64,000 bases of DNA from Deltaproteobacteria bacterium (GCA_033763315.1 JANRKS010000019.1:459311-523310); one strand, 5' to 3'; positions 9,102-20,802 are shown, numbered from the stretch's first letter. Notes: generated from the letters alone by a model not told the origin. Numbers and translations: made by a program.

Positions 9102-11072
9102 TTACTTCGACCAAGGCCCCATCGTGGACACCAGCGTTTCGAGCGACATTTCGCCCAACTCGCCCTTGTCGCGCGAGCGAACGTTGATGCTGTTGTTGGC
9201 TTGTTCTTTTTCGCCAACCACGATCACCAACGGCAGCTTCTGCAAGCTGGCGTCGCGAATTTTGTAACCCACACGATCGTCGCTGAGGTTCACTTCGGCA
9301 CGGATGCCTTGGTCCAACAACTTGTTGTGGATCTCGCGCGCGTACCCGATGAACTTTTCGCTGATGGGGATCACCAACGCCTGCACAGGCGACAGCCATA
9401 AGGGGAAGGCGCCCGCGTAGTTTTCGATGATGATGCCCAAGAAGCGCTCAATGCTGCCGTAGCAAGCACGGTGCAACATCACAGGCGTGTGCTTTTGCCC
9501 ATCGGCCCCGATGTACGTCAAACCAAAGCGCTGCGGCATCGAGAAATCAAGCTGAATGGTGCCGCATTGCCATGAGCGCTTGAGAACGTCCCGGATGTGA
9601 AAGTCGATCTTCGGCCCATAGAACGCACCGTCGCCGGGGTTCAGCTGGTACTCGACCTGCTTTTCATCCAGGGCTTCTTTGAGCGCCGTCTCGGCCTTGT
9701 TCCACATCTCATCGGTGCCCAAGCTCTTGGCCGGGCGCGTGGACAATTCAAGCCGCACGTCCGTGAGATCAAAGGTGCCATAAACCTCGCGGAAGAAATC
9801 GATGAGCATCGAGATCTCCGACTTGATCTGATCGATCGTACAGAAGTGGTGCGCGTCGTCCTGCGTGAAGGCTTGCACGCGGAACAACCCGTGCCGTACG
9901 CCCGAAAGCTCACGACGGTGTACCAGCCCCATCTCGGCGATGCGCAACGGGAACTGGTTGTGCGAGTGCATGTGCGTTCGGTAGGTGATCAAGTGGCCCG
10001 GGCAGTTCATGGGCTTGACCGCCATCGGCCGATCTTCTTCAACGTTGTCGCGCACCTTTTCCGGGTTGGCCGGATCGCGCAGCTTCAACTTCGTGAAGAA
10101 CATGTTCTCAAGGTAATTGTCGTAGTGGCCGGACGTGTGCCACAGCTCCTCGCTCAATACGAGGGGCGTTTTGACCTCCATATAGCCGCGGCGGCGCAAC
10201 AGTTTGCGCATGTAATCCGTCAGCGTCGTGAACAGCGTGGTGCCGCGCGGATGGAAAAACGGAAAGCCTGGGGCCTCGTCGTGAAAGCTGAATAGATCCA
10301 GCTTCTCGCCCAAAAGCCTGTGATCGCGCTTCTTTGCTTCTTCAAGGACGTGCAGGTATTCCTTGAGATCGTTCTTATCGAAGAACGCCGTGCCATACAC
10401 GCGCGTGAGCTGCTCACGGTTGGCGTCTGCGCGCCAATACGAACCGCCCGTCTTCGTGAGCTTCGTGTTCTTCAGCCACCCCGTGTGCGGCACGTGCGGA
10501 CCGCGACACAAATCGATGAAATCGCCGTGCTTGTAGAACGTCAGCTCTTCGCCACGCCCCTTGATGTCGCCGACAATCTCTTGCTTGAATTTGTTGTTGC
10601 CACCATCAATCGCGCGGTAGCGGGCGAAGTGCTCGTTCGCCTCGTCGTAGCTGGAAACACAGCGCACAAACGGCGCGTTGCCGTCGGCGATCTTCTGCAT
10701 CTCTTCTTCGATGCGGGGCAAATCGTCGGGCGAGATCTTCCCCTCGGGCAAAAAGATGTCGTAGTAAAAGCCGTCTTCGATCACCGGACCGATCGTCAAC
10801 TGCGCCTTCGGATAAAGCCGCAAAATGGCATCGGCCATCAAGTGGGCCGCGGAGTGCCGCAGCACTTCCAGGGCTTCGGCGTCGCGCTTGGTGAGCAAGG
10901 CCACCTCGGCGCCATTGGGCAGCGCGCGCTGCAGATCCACCACCGTGCCGTTGACCTTGGCGGCCACGGCGGCCTTGGCCAGGCCTGGTCCAATGCTGGC
11001 AGCCAAATCGGCGGCGCTCGCACCATCGGCCAGATCCCGGGCCGACCCATCGGGAAGTTTCACACTGATCAT
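9102..11072 (-). CDS. thrS: Threonine--tRNA ligase
   Basis: TGS domain, RHSAAHL, DLCRGPH, KPMNCPGH, FTQDDAH, GAFYGPKID, GSIERF. Confidence 0.98.
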   Translation of the reverse strand: MISVKLPDGSARDLADGASAADLAASIGPGLAKAAVAAKVNGTVVDLQRALPNGAEVALLTKRDAEALEVLRHSAAHLMADAILRLYPKAQLTIGPVIEDGFYYDIFLPEGKISPDDLPRIEEEMQKIADGNAPFVRCVSSYDEANEHFARYRAIDGGNNKFKQEIVGDIKGRGEELTFYKHGDFIDLCRGPHVPHTGWLKNTKLTKTGGSYWRADANREQLTRVYGTAFFDKNDLKEYLHVLEEAKKRDHRLLGEKLDLFSFHDEAPGFPFFHPRGTTLFTTLTDYMRKLLRRRGYMEVKTPLVLSEELWHTSGHYDNYLENMFFTKLKLRDPANPEKVRDNVEEDRPMAVKPMNCPGHLITYRTHMHSHNQFPLRIAEMGLVHRRELSGVRHGLFRVQAFTQDDAHHFCTIDQIKSEISMLIDFFREVYGTFDLTDVRLELSTRPAKSLGTDEMWNKAETALKEALDEKQVEYQLNPGDGAFYGPKIDFHIRDVLKRSWQCGTIQLDFSMPQRFGLTYIGADGQKHTPVMLHRACYGSIERFLGIIIENYAGAFPLWLSPVQALVIPISEKFIGYAREIHNKLLDQGIRAEVNLSDDRVGYKIRDASLQKLPLVIVVGEKEQANNSINVRSRDKGELGEMSLETLVSTMGPWSK

Positions 11073-11196
11073 GTTTTTCTCCTGTGTGCGAGACGGATAC
11101 CCCCGAACTCGCGGTTGTTAAAGGCAGACCGGATACTGCCGGCTGCCGACGTTCAAAATGCCGTGACTTGCCCCAGTCGTCAAGGCACACACGCGG

Positions 11197-11679
11197 CTAC
11201 GCAGGGGCAGGGGATGTCACATCCCGCTTCACAAGCGCGCCGCCCGCGGTTTCGATAATGAAGGTCACCGGGCCATCGTTGGCCAAAGTGACCAGCATAT
11301 CGGCGCCAAATCGGCCGGTTTGAACATGCACGCCGGCCCCGCGCAGCTGCGACACAAACAGCTCATAAAGCGCATTGGCCCGCTCGGGCGCTTCTGCGCT
11401 GTCGAAGCTCGGTCGGTTGCCCTTATACAGCCGACCCACAAGTGTAAATTGGCTGACGGCCAACACCTCGCCGTTGACGTCCTTGATGGTGAGGTCCATA
11501 GGCGTTTTCCCCGCGAACATGCGCAGCGCCACAAGTTTGCGAACCGTGGCCTCAACGTCGGCTTCCGTGTCGCCCCGAGCCACGCCCACCAAAACCATCA
11601 GACCGTGGCCGATGCGGCCCACCACCTCGTCGCCCACCGTCACCTGGGCGTGCTGCACCCGTTGGACCACGGAAATCAT
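11197..11679 (-). CDS. dtd: D-aminoacyl-tRNA deacylase
   Basis: VVQRV, SQFTL, GNRPSF, NDGPVT. Confidence 0.96.
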   Translation of the reverse strand: MISVVQRVQHAQVTVGDEVVGRIGHGLMVLVGVARGDTEADVEATVRKLVALRMFAGKTPMDLTIKDVNGEVLAVSQFTLVGRLYKGNRPSFDSAEAPERANALYELFVSQLRGAGVHVQTGRFGADMLVTLANDGPVTFIIETAGGALVKRDVTSPAPA

Positions 11680-12212
11680 CGCGCGCCCTCACGTGGCTGC
11701 CCGAACACCTTGCACCACAGGTCATCGGCCGCGCTTTCTAAGCCGGGTTGCAAAGCGGGCAGAGCGCTGAACACGTCTTTGATTCCCTGGTCGATGAGCT
11801 GGCGCATGGGTGCAGGTAGGTCTGGTGGCAATTCATCTTCGTCAAGCACTTCGGGTGAAGCGCCTGGGCGGCACAAAACGTCTAACTCCAGGTCGTGCCA
11901 CTGCAACGCATCGGCCGAAATGGTGGTTTCGTGGGCAATGTTGAAATAGTGGGCCAAGGTGGTGCCGGTGGGGGTGAGCCAATGGTAAACGTTGTAAAGG
12001 CGGTCGCGCCAAAAATGCCCAAAGGTCACGGTGCCCGTGGGCAGGTCAATGTCAGCCACGCGCATGGGGCGGTCGGAAATGAAAAGCACGGTGACATTTG
12101 TTTCGTTACCGTCCAACCGCTGGCACGTAAACACCTTGTGCTGACCTTGCAAGGTAATCTTGGTTTCGACGATCGTGCTGAACGGTTTGGCGATATCGTG
12201 AGACGAAGCCAC
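11676..12212 (-). CDS. DUF402-family protein
   Basis: YNVYHW..YFNIA..DLELDV..LDEDEL pattern; 4-bp overlap with dtd. Confidence 0.75.
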   Translation of the reverse strand: MASSHDIAKPFSTIVETKITLQGQHKVFTCQRLDGNETNVTVLFISDRPMRVADIDLPTGTVTFGHFWRDRLYNVYHWLTPTGTTLAHYFNIAHETTISADALQWHDLELDVLCRPGASPEVLDEDELPPDLPAPMRQLIDQGIKDVFSALPALQPGLESAADDLWCKVFGQPREGAR

Positions 12213-12264
12213 GCCCGCAAGCTAGCAGAGACAGCCGGCCACGAGGGTCGCGAAGGAAACACCC

Positions 12265-13230
12265 ATGGACTCACGCATTAAACGGACACGACTGCTGGGC
12301 AACCCACCTCCGGCCAGCGAGATCACGCCGGAGGCGGTTTATAAAGCGCGGCGGCAATTCATGGCGGGCGCCGTGGCTGTGGGCCTCACAGGGGTGCCGG
12401 CGCTGGCGCAGGCAGAAGGGGCAGCGAAAACGGCTTCGTTGGGTGGCGTCAAACCAAGCCCCCTGTCGGTGACAGGCGAAGAAACCAGCAGCTGGGACAA
12501 CGCCACCACCTACAATAACTTCTATGAATTCGGCACCAGCAAATCGGACCCCGCAGAAAATGCCCACACGCTGAAAACCAAACCATGGACGATCGTGTGT
12601 GAGGGCGAGCTCAAGAAGCCACAAAGGATCGACATCGACGTGTTGATCAAGATGTTCCCGCTCGAAGAGCGCGTGTCCCGTTTTCGCTGCGTGGAAGCGT
12701 GGTCGATGGTGATTCCCTGGGTGGGCTTCTCGTTGAGCAAGCTGCTGCAAAAGCTTGAACCCAGCTCGCGCGCCAAGTACGTGGCCTTCGAGACGCTTTA
12801 CGATCCAGACCACATGCCGGGGCAACATCGTGCGGTGCTCGATTGGCCTTATGTGGAGGGCCTGCGGATCGACGAAGCCATGCATCCGTTGGCGATGCTC
12901 TCGGTGGGCATGTATGGCCGCGTGCTGCCCAATCAAAACGGCGCGCCCCGGCGCTTGAGCGTGCCATGGAAATACGGCTTCAAGAGCATCAAATCCATCG
13001 CGAAGATCAAGCTTGTGGAGCAGCAACCCAAGACGGCCTGGAACGTCAGCAACCCCGGGGAATATGGCTTTTATTCAAACGTGAACCCGCAAGTGGATCA
13101 CCCGCGCTGGAGCCAAGCGAAGGAACGTCGGATTGGCGAGTTTTTACGCCGCAAGACGCTGATGTTCAACGGCTACTCAACCCAAGTGGCCAGCCTGTAT
13201 ACCGGCATGGATTTGCGGAAGAACTACTAG
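12265..13230 (+). CDS. msrP: Protein-methionine-sulfoxide reductase catalytic subunit MsrP
   Basis: EITPE, Tat motif [41 protein letters not shown]. Confidence 0.97.
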   Translation: MDSRIKRTRLLGNPPPASEITPEAVYKARRQFMAGAVAVGLTGVPALAQAEGAAKTASLGGVKPSPLSVTGEETSSWDNATTYNNFYEFGTSKSDPAENAHTLKTKPWTIVCEGELKKPQRIDIDVLIKMFPLEERVSRFRCVEAWSMVIPWVGFSLSKLLQKLEPSSRAKYVAFETLYDPDHMPGQHRAVLDWPYVEGLRIDEAMHPLAMLSVGMYGRVLPNQNGAPRRLSVPWKYGFKSIKSIAKIKLVEQQPKTAWNVSNPGEYGFYSNVNPQVDHPRWSQAKERRIGEFLRRKTLMFNGYSTQVASLYTGMDLRKNY

Positions 13231-13233
13231 GGC

Positions 13234-13842
13234 ATGTCGCGTTCGCAAGTGGTGTGGTTGGGTAGGGCGCTCGCAATTGTTCCGGCGGTGGTGCTTGGCG
13301 CGCAGGCGCTGACGGGCGGCCTTGGCGCCAATCCGATTGAAGCGCTGCTTAACCGATTGGGGTGGTGGACTTTGCTGGTGTTGCTGGCCTCGCTGGCGAT
13401 CACGCCGGTGCGAACGATGTTCAAGGTTGGCGTGGTGGCGCCGTGGCGCCGCACATTTGGTTTGGCGGCCTTCTGGTACGGTCTTGCACACGTCAGCGTC
13501 TACCTCGGCGTCGATAAATTCTTCGACGTCGCCGAAGTGTGGGAAGACGTTGTGAAGCGGCCCTTCATCACCGTGGGCGCCTTCGCTTTTGTGTTGCTGC
13601 TGGTTCTGGCAATCACGTCGACTGCACGTATGGTGAAACGATTGGGAGGCAAACGCTGGCGCGCCGTTCACCGGATGGCTTATGTCGCGGCGGCGGCGGG
13701 GGTGGTGCACTTCATCTGGCGCGTGAAAGCGGATCTGCGAGAGCCTCTCATCTTCGGCAGCGTGCTGGCGATCCTGCTGGCCGTGCGCGTGGCGCTGTGG
13801 CTGCGTAAGCGCACGCCGCTTGGCGCAGCAAAACTAAAGTGA
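13234..13842 (+). CDS. msrQ: Sulfoxide reductase heme-binding subunit MsrQ
   Basis: LGANPIE, LAITP, RRTFGL, KRPFITVG, W..VHRMAY; directly after msrP. Confidence 0.95.
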   Translation: MSRSQVVWLGRALAIVPAVVLGAQALTGGLGANPIEALLNRLGWWTLLVLLASLAITPVRTMFKVGVVAPWRRTFGLAAFWYGLAHVSVYLGVDKFFDVAEVWEDVVKRPFITVGAFAFVLLLVLAITSTARMVKRLGGKRWRAVHRMAYVAAAAGVVHFIWRVKADLREPLIFGSVLAILLAVRVALWLRKRTPLGAAKLK

Positions 13843-13913
13843 CCCCGGCGAGGCTCGAACACGCGACCTACGGTTTAGGAAACCGTCGCTCTATCCAACT
13901 GAGCTACGGGGCC
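13840..13913 (-). tRNA. tRNA-Arg (CCT)
   Basis: Reverse complement GGCCCCGTAGCTCAGTTGGATAGAGCGACGGTTTCCTAAACCGTAGGTCGCGTGTTCGAGCCTCGCCGGGGTCA; anticodon CCT. Confidence 0.95.
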
Positions 13914-13968
13914 GATCAACGGTGACCTTAGGATAGAACACCTGCCTTGTCCACCGCACGCGCTGGCG

Positions 13969-14967
13969 CTACACGCGGTTGCGCAGCATCAGTTCTTTGG
14001 GGTGGGGCTGTAGATACGTTTGGCCCAGCAGATACTCCACGTTGTGCCGTCGGATGTGGTGCTTTAGCAGCGTCAGCGGCACGATCAAAGGTGATTGGCC
14101 GCGGCGGTGATCATCGATGAGCGACATCACCTCGTTGCGATCGTCTGCGTCCAGGTGGGGGCGCAAATAACCCGCCATGTGTTGCATCACGTTGGCGTGG
14201 CGGCCCGGCGTCGCCCGTTTTTTGAGCGCCGCCATAAACTCGGTTTCGTATCGTTCGCGCAATTGCGCGCGCGGCATCGCCTTAGCGCCTGCCACCAGTT
14301 GCCCCAGGCTTTTATAAGCTTCCGGTGAATGCGCCATCAGCGTCAGTTTGTGCGCCGTGTGAAAAGCCACCAGCGCGCCCACCGTCCAACGTTGGGCCCA
14401 CAAGGCTTTGAGGCGTTTATACGCAAACAGCCGTTCGATGAAATTCTCGCGCAGCGCCGGATCTTCAAGGCGACCTTCTTCTTCGACCGGCAGATTCGGA
14501 AAACGAGAGAGCAGGGCGGCCGCAAATAAGCCGACGCCGTCTTTGCTTGGTTGGCTCGGCTCACCGTTGTCACCCGCAGGCGGGTAAAGCTTCACCCGCT
14601 CCATACCGCAGCTGGGGGACGCCTTTTTCAGGACGTAACCGTCCAAATCTTCGTCATCGAGGTCGGCCGTGCGTTTGTGGGCGAAGCGCTCCATGCGCGC
14701 GGTCCAGTCTTCGCCGCTGTCGGGAGCGATCATCAGCGTCTTGCCCGCTTTGTTACGCACAAGCCGAACGGTGGGGCGTGGAATCGACATGCCCGCCTCA
14801 ATCTCAGGGCACACCGCCACCCATTGCACATAGGGCCCAAGCACATCCACCAAGAACCCGTCGCGTTTGTGCTGGCCGTCGAAACGCACCTTGGCTCCCA
14901 ACAGGCACATCGAAACGCCGACGCGTAAGGCATCCACGCCCGGCTCTGGTTTGTCGCCTTGCCCCAT
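13969..14967 (-). CDS. DUF523 (TudS-like) + DUF1722 (YbgA-family) protein
   Basis: GVSMCLLG..VRFDGQHK, CPE, KKASPSCG, EEEGRL.D, FH..HK..LMAHS, YLQPHPKEL. Start set to ATG 14967. Confidence 0.9.
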   Translation of the reverse strand: MGQGDKPEPGVDALRVGVSMCLLGAKVRFDGQHKRDGFLVDVLGPYVQWVAVCPEIEAGMSIPRPTVRLVRNKAGKTLMIAPDSGEDWTARMERFAHKRTADLDDEDLDGYVLKKASPSCGMERVKLYPPAGDNGEPSQPSKDGVGLFAAALLSRFPNLPVEEEGRLEDPALRENFIERLFAYKRLKALWAQRWTVGALVAFHTAHKLTLMAHSPEAYKSLGQLVAGAKAMPRAQLRERYETEFMAALKKRATPGRHANVMQHMAGYLRPHLDADDRNEVMSLIDDHRRGQSPLIVPLTLLKHHIRRHNVEYLLGQTYLQPHPKELMLRNRV

Positions 14968-15076
14968 GGAACAACAATGGCCGAGATCTGGAGGCCCTGC
15001 TACTTTCCGCGTGCCCATGCCCGATTCACCGCCTGCCTCTGGTCCGCCGCCCTCCAACCAAAAAGGCGGGGAAAGC

Positions 15077-16039
15077 GTGCAGACAGGCGGCGGTTTGCCG
15101 ATCCGGGCGCGCACCGTCTCGTTCGTGGCCGCACCCGACGACGTGGGACAGCGCCTCGATCAATTATTGGCCAAGCGCATTGAGGGTTTGTCGCGGCGCC
15201 AGGCCCGCACGCTGTTGGATTTGGGCGGCGTGTTCGTGAACAAGGTGCGGACCAAGTTTGCGGCGCGGCCCACGCAAGCGGGCGATGAGGTCACGGCTTA
15301 CATCGGCGGGGCGCTGTCGCGCGCGAAGAACCAGGTGGGAACGGCGGCGCGTGAGGAAGATGCCGCCAAGCTGCCGGCTTACGAAGTGATGTTTGAAGAC
15401 GAGGACATCGTGGTGGTGAACAAGCCCGCGGGTCTTCTCACCGCGCCCACGCCCGAAAGTGACCGCAACAATTTGGCCGATCTGTTGTCCCGCCGGGGAC
15501 CACGGCGTTCGCGCCTGTTTGTGGTTCACCGGTTAGATCTGCAAACGAGCGGCGTGCTGGTGTTTGCCAAATCGCCCTGGGCAAATCGCGTGTTGTCAGA
15601 GCGTTTTGCCGTACACGACATGTTCCGCGAATACTTGGCGGTCGTGGCGGGCGCCTTCCCCGGTGACGTGGCCACAATTGATCGTCCGGTCGGGGGCAAG
15701 CGGGCGGTGACGCACGTTGAAGTGGCGGAGCGGCTGGGTGAACTGGCCTCGGTGTTGCGCCTGCGTCTGGAGACCGGCCGCACCCACCAGATCCGGCTGC
15801 ATGTGCGCTCCCTTGGGTGCCAGGTGCTGGGGGATCCCGACGTGCCCAAGGTCAAGGGCCTGCCCGTTCCGCCCCGCATGGCTCTTCATGCAGCGCGTCT
15901 CGAATTTGCGCACCCCGTAACGCGGGAAGCCCTGGCCTACGAGGCGCCTGTGCCTGTGGAGCTTGGGAACTACATTACGAAGCTGCGGGCAGGTGCCGCC
16001 GAACCGTCTGGGCCATCTGTTGGCCCGGAAGGGGAATAA
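15077..16039 (+). CDS. RluA/RluD-family pseudouridine synthase with S4 domain
   Basis: RLDQLL, VNKPAGL, VHRLDLQTSG, LETGRTHQIR, LHAARL. Start approximate. Confidence 0.93.
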   Translation: MQTGGGLPIRARTVSFVAAPDDVGQRLDQLLAKRIEGLSRRQARTLLDLGGVFVNKVRTKFAARPTQAGDEVTAYIGGALSRAKNQVGTAAREEDAAKLPAYEVMFEDEDIVVVNKPAGLLTAPTPESDRNNLADLLSRRGPRRSRLFVVHRLDLQTSGVLVFAKSPWANRVLSERFAVHDMFREYLAVVAGAFPGDVATIDRPVGGKRAVTHVEVAERLGELASVLRLRLETGRTHQIRLHVRSLGCQVLGDPDVPKVKGLPVPPRMALHAARLEFAHPVTREALAYEAPVPVELGNYITKLRAGAAEPSGPSVGPEGE

Positions 16040-16187
16040 AGAACTTCGGATTGCACTTTATGTGCGACCAAATGGTGTCGTTGGCTATCTTACTCTCCAC
16101 TAGTTTTGGTCTAACCACTAAGGCCCAAGATATGGAATACGAAAGCTCAGCATCGTTGTGCGCGCGCCGGTGGGACGGGGGGATTCG

Positions 16188-17063
16188 GTGAATCGAGATA
16201 CTTATGTGGCAATCGGACTGATGGTGTTCCTGGGCACGTCAGTCTTGGCATACTTAGGAAGGTTGATCATGCGCGGCCGGGCCCGTGTGGATCGGCTGAA
16301 CCAAGACGGCGGCAGCGCCATGCTCTCCGTGCCGATCATGGAGTTGGGTTACTGGGTGCTGCGGCCGGTTGTGAAGCTGCTCGATCGAGCCGGAGCCACA
16401 CCCAACGCGGTGACCCTTTTTGCGGTGGTTCCTGCGTGCTTCGCCGCGGTGGCGGGCGGTTTTGGAGCCTTCGCGACCGTGTGCCTCCTGGGGATGACTT
16501 CTGCCTTTTGCGATGCGCTTGATGGCATGTTGGCCAAGTACCAGGGGGTGTCGTCGCGTTCGGGTCAGGCGCTTGATTCAGTCTTGGACCGCGTCACAGA
16601 ATCGGTGATTCTCATTGGGTTGGCGGTCTACTTCCGGGGATCCGTCTCGCTGTTGTTGGTCGCCTTGTTGGCGCTGTTCGGTGGCTATATGACCAGCTAC
16701 GTCTCAGCGAAGGCCGAGGTGATGAAGGTGGCTATCCCGCGAGGGCAAATGCGCCGCCCCGAGCGTGCCGTTTACTTGATGAGTGGGTGTGCCTTCACGC
16801 CTTTGTGGGCCTTGCTGATGCCATCCGCCGCACATCCTGCGTTGCGCTTCCTGCCTGTGGTTGTGGCCATGGCTTTGATCGGCGTCATCGCCACCTGGTC
16901 GGCGCTTGCGCGCTTGCATGCGCTTGTCGTCGGCGCCGCTTTGCCGCTTGAGGCAGCGGACGCGGCCGCAGACCGCGCGCCCCGCGCCGCCACGCAAGAG
17001 CTGACGCCCATCCCGGTCACCCCAGAAGCCTTCGCGCCCGCAAAGTCCCGGGGTGTGGCGTAA
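16188..17063 (+). CDS. CDP-alcohol phosphatidyltransferase
   Basis: TPNAVT, D.LDG.LA..G..LD..LDR signature; hydrophobic. Confidence 0.9.
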   Translation: MNRDTYVAIGLMVFLGTSVLAYLGRLIMRGRARVDRLNQDGGSAMLSVPIMELGYWVLRPVVKLLDRAGATPNAVTLFAVVPACFAAVAGGFGAFATVCLLGMTSAFCDALDGMLAKYQGVSSRSGQALDSVLDRVTESVILIGLAVYFRGSVSLLLVALLALFGGYMTSYVSAKAEVMKVAIPRGQMRRPERAVYLMSGCAFTPLWALLMPSAAHPALRFLPVVVAMALIGVIATWSALARLHALVVGAALPLEAADAAADRAPRAATQELTPIPVTPEAFAPAKSRGVA

Positions 17064-17069
17064 CCGCGC

Positions 17070-18230
<1,161 letters not shown>

Positions 18231-18243
18231 GGGGTGTCTTTCG

Positions 18244-20610
18244 TTAATTCCGCAGGGGCTTGCTGGTGGTCAACATGTGTTGAATGCGTGCGCGGGTCTT
18301 CTCCTCGCCGCACAATGACAGGAAGGCTTCGCGCTCAAGATCCAGCAGGTGCTGCTCGGTCACCTTGGCGCCGCCTGCCACGTCCCCACCGCTTAAGATG
18401 CGCGCGAGGTGCCTTCCGATTCGTGCGTCGTGCTCGCTGATTCGATGGGCGTCGGCAAGGTTGTGCAAAGCCGCATTCATCGTGGCGGCCCCCGACGCGC
18501 CCACCACTTTAATCCGGCGCGGGGGAGGGGGACGGTAACCCGCGCGCGCCAGCCCAAGCGCCCACTGCTTCGCGTCGGCGAGCAATGTATCCCGGCTCAT
18601 GGACACCGAATCGCCCGTGCGCAGGTAACCGAGATCTCGCGCTTCCTCGGCGCTCGTGGATACGCGGGCCGTGCCCAGGTACTCGAACGGCTCGCGAACA
18701 ACGCCCAGCAGATCGATGTTCGGGTTGCTGCCCACCATCGCGCTGGCTCGCGCGGCCAGTTCCATGCAGCCGCCACCCGCGGGGATGAGACCCACGCCCA
18801 CTTCCACGCAGCCGACATAAAGCTCGGCCGCGGCTCGCACATATTGGCAACCAAGCACAACTTCGGCGCCGCCACCCAATGCCAAACCGAACGGAGCGCA
18901 CACCACGGGTACGTGCGCGTAGCGCGTGCGCATGCAGGCGTTTTGAAAGCCCACCAACATCTGATCGATGGCCTTGTAGTTGTTTTGCGACAGACCCACC
19001 ATCAGTGAGAACAGGTTGGCGCCGGCACAGAATGCTTCGGGGGCTTCGTTGCCAATGATGAGCGCCACGCCCTCGCGTTCGGCGCGGTCCACACCCTTGT
19101 GCATCATCGCGATGATGTCGGGATCGATCGCGTTCATCTTCGAGTGAAATTCCACGCAGAAAACGCCGTCGCCGATGTCCAGCAATGAAGCGCTGGCGTT
19201 GCGTTCCACCTCGCCGCCCCAGGCACGCACCTCTTCAAGCGAGAGGCTGCGTTCATCCTGAGCCACCGGCCGATAGCCGCCGCGCGATTCCAGATAGGAC
19301 AGCTGCGTAGGTGTCTCACGCTTGTAGAACCGCTCTTCCCCTGCAGCCACGCGTTCCTTCACCCACGCGGGCACCGAAAGTCCCATGGCTTCCATTTTGG
19401 CGACCGTGTCTTTGACGCCCAAGGCGTCCCAGGTTTCAAACGGACCGCGGTCCCAACCAAAGCCCCATTTCATGGCGCGATCAATGTCGACCACGGAATC
19501 GGCGATCTCGCCCAAGCGATTGGCTGCGTAGATCAGCGTCTCGTAGATCACTTGCCGCGCCAAAGTCGAGGCGCGGTCGTCACCGTTGACGACCCTGCGG
19601 GTGCGCTCGTCTACATCGTCAACGCCTTTGGTGGCCCCGATCGAGGCGAAGCGTGGCTTTTCGCCGGGCTTGTATTCGAGCGTCTTGAGATCAAGTTGCA
19701 AGATGTCCTTGCCCTCTTTCTTGTAGAAGCCCTGGCGCGCTTTGCTGCCCAGCCATTTGCGTTCCACCAGCTGGCGTAACACGGGCGGCAGCGCGAACAC
19801 GTCGCGGCGTTCGTCGTTGGCGAGCGCTTCGTAACAGTTGTTGGCCACGTGGGCGAGGGTGTCCAGGCCCACCACGTCGGCTGTGCGGAACACGGCGCTT
19901 TTGGGGCGGCCCAAGGCTTTGCCGAAGATCGCGTCCACCTCTTCCACGGAATAACCTTGCTCGGCAGCCAAGGTCAGCGTTCGCATCAGGCCGAACGTGC
20001 CCACCCGGTTGGCGATGAAGTTGGGCGTGTCCTTGGCCCGCACAAGGCCTTTGCCCAGCAACGTGCCACACACGCGCTCGGCCAGGTCAATGGCAGCGTC
20101 GGCAGTGTCGTCGCCGGTGACAACCTCCACCAACTTGAGGTAGCGGGGTGGGTTGAAAAAGTGGGTGATGAGGAAGCGCTTCTTGAAGGCCAAGCTGCGG
20201 CCTTCCACCAGTTCGGCCAAGGGCAATCCAGACGTGTTGGACGCGATGACGGCGTCGCCGCCCATGGCATCGAGGCGCTCGTAAAGCTTGCGCTTGATGC
20301 CCAGGTTCTCAATGACGGCCTCAACAATAAAGTCGCACTTGGCGGCGTCTTGCAGGTTGTCTTCCAAGTTCCCCACGCGGACAAGGGCCTCGAACCGCTT
20401 GGCAAAAAAGCTGGCCGGTTTGCTGGCTTTCGCCCGCGACAACCCATCCTCCGCCACCTTGTTCCGAAGGCCCGGCTTGTCGGGCGGGGCGTCCTTCGGA
20501 GGAATGTCCAGCAGAAGAACCTTCAATCCTGCATTCGCCAGGTGGGCGGCGATGGCGGCTCCCATCACGCCCGCACCCAAAACGGCGACCTCATCGATCG
20601 GCTTGGCCAT
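18244..20610 (-). CDS. 3-hydroxyacyl-CoA dehydrogenase / enoyl-CoA hydratase (FadN-like)
   Basis: GAGVMG, SNTSG, HFFNPPRY, KDTPNFIANR, crotonase GGGAE/EVGVGLIP, C-terminal KPLRN. Start set to ATG 20610. Confidence 0.95.
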   Translation of the reverse strand: MAKPIDEVAVLGAGVMGAAIAAHLANAGLKVLLLDIPPKDAPPDKPGLRNKVAEDGLSRAKASKPASFFAKRFEALVRVGNLEDNLQDAAKCDFIVEAVIENLGIKRKLYERLDAMGGDAVIASNTSGLPLAELVEGRSLAFKKRFLITHFFNPPRYLKLVEVVTGDDTADAAIDLAERVCGTLLGKGLVRAKDTPNFIANRVGTFGLMRTLTLAAEQGYSVEEVDAIFGKALGRPKSAVFRTADVVGLDTLAHVANNCYEALANDERRDVFALPPVLRQLVERKWLGSKARQGFYKKEGKDILQLDLKTLEYKPGEKPRFASIGATKGVDDVDERTRRVVNGDDRASTLARQVIYETLIYAANRLGEIADSVVDIDRAMKWGFGWDRGPFETWDALGVKDTVAKMEAMGLSVPAWVKERVAAGEERFYKRETPTQLSYLESRGGYRPVAQDERSLSLEEVRAWGGEVERNASASLLDIGDGVFCVEFHSKMNAIDPDIIAMMHKGVDRAEREGVALIIGNEAPEAFCAGANLFSLMVGLSQNNYKAIDQMLVGFQNACMRTRYAHVPVVCAPFGLALGGGAEVVLGCQYVRAAAELYVGCVEVGVGLIPAGGGCMELAARASAMVGSNPNIDLLGVVREPFEYLGTARVSTSAEEARDLGYLRTGDSVSMSRDTLLADAKQWALGLARAGYRPPPPRRIKVVGASGAATMNAALHNLADAHRISEHDARIGRHLARILSGGDVAGGAKVTEQHLLDLEREAFLSLCGEEKTRARIQHMLTTSKPLRN

Positions 20611-20802
20611 AAAACTACGATACCGCAACATGCCGTTCGTTGCGCGGTTGTGAACAAAATCTAAACGGCAACAATCCGGCGACGGCGTAAGTGACGACCC
20701 TTTAAAGATGTGTGCCTATGTCCTGAAAGGGAATGCGAACTTTGTTTACCAGGGCTCCTTACACTCTTGATTGCGGCTGCCGCATGACGCAAGCTGCGGC
20801 CC

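Noticed and set aside
9597-11258. Long plus-strand ORFs (232 and 312 aa) opposite thrS
   Set aside because: Antisense shadows typical of high-GC coding sequence; no motifs.
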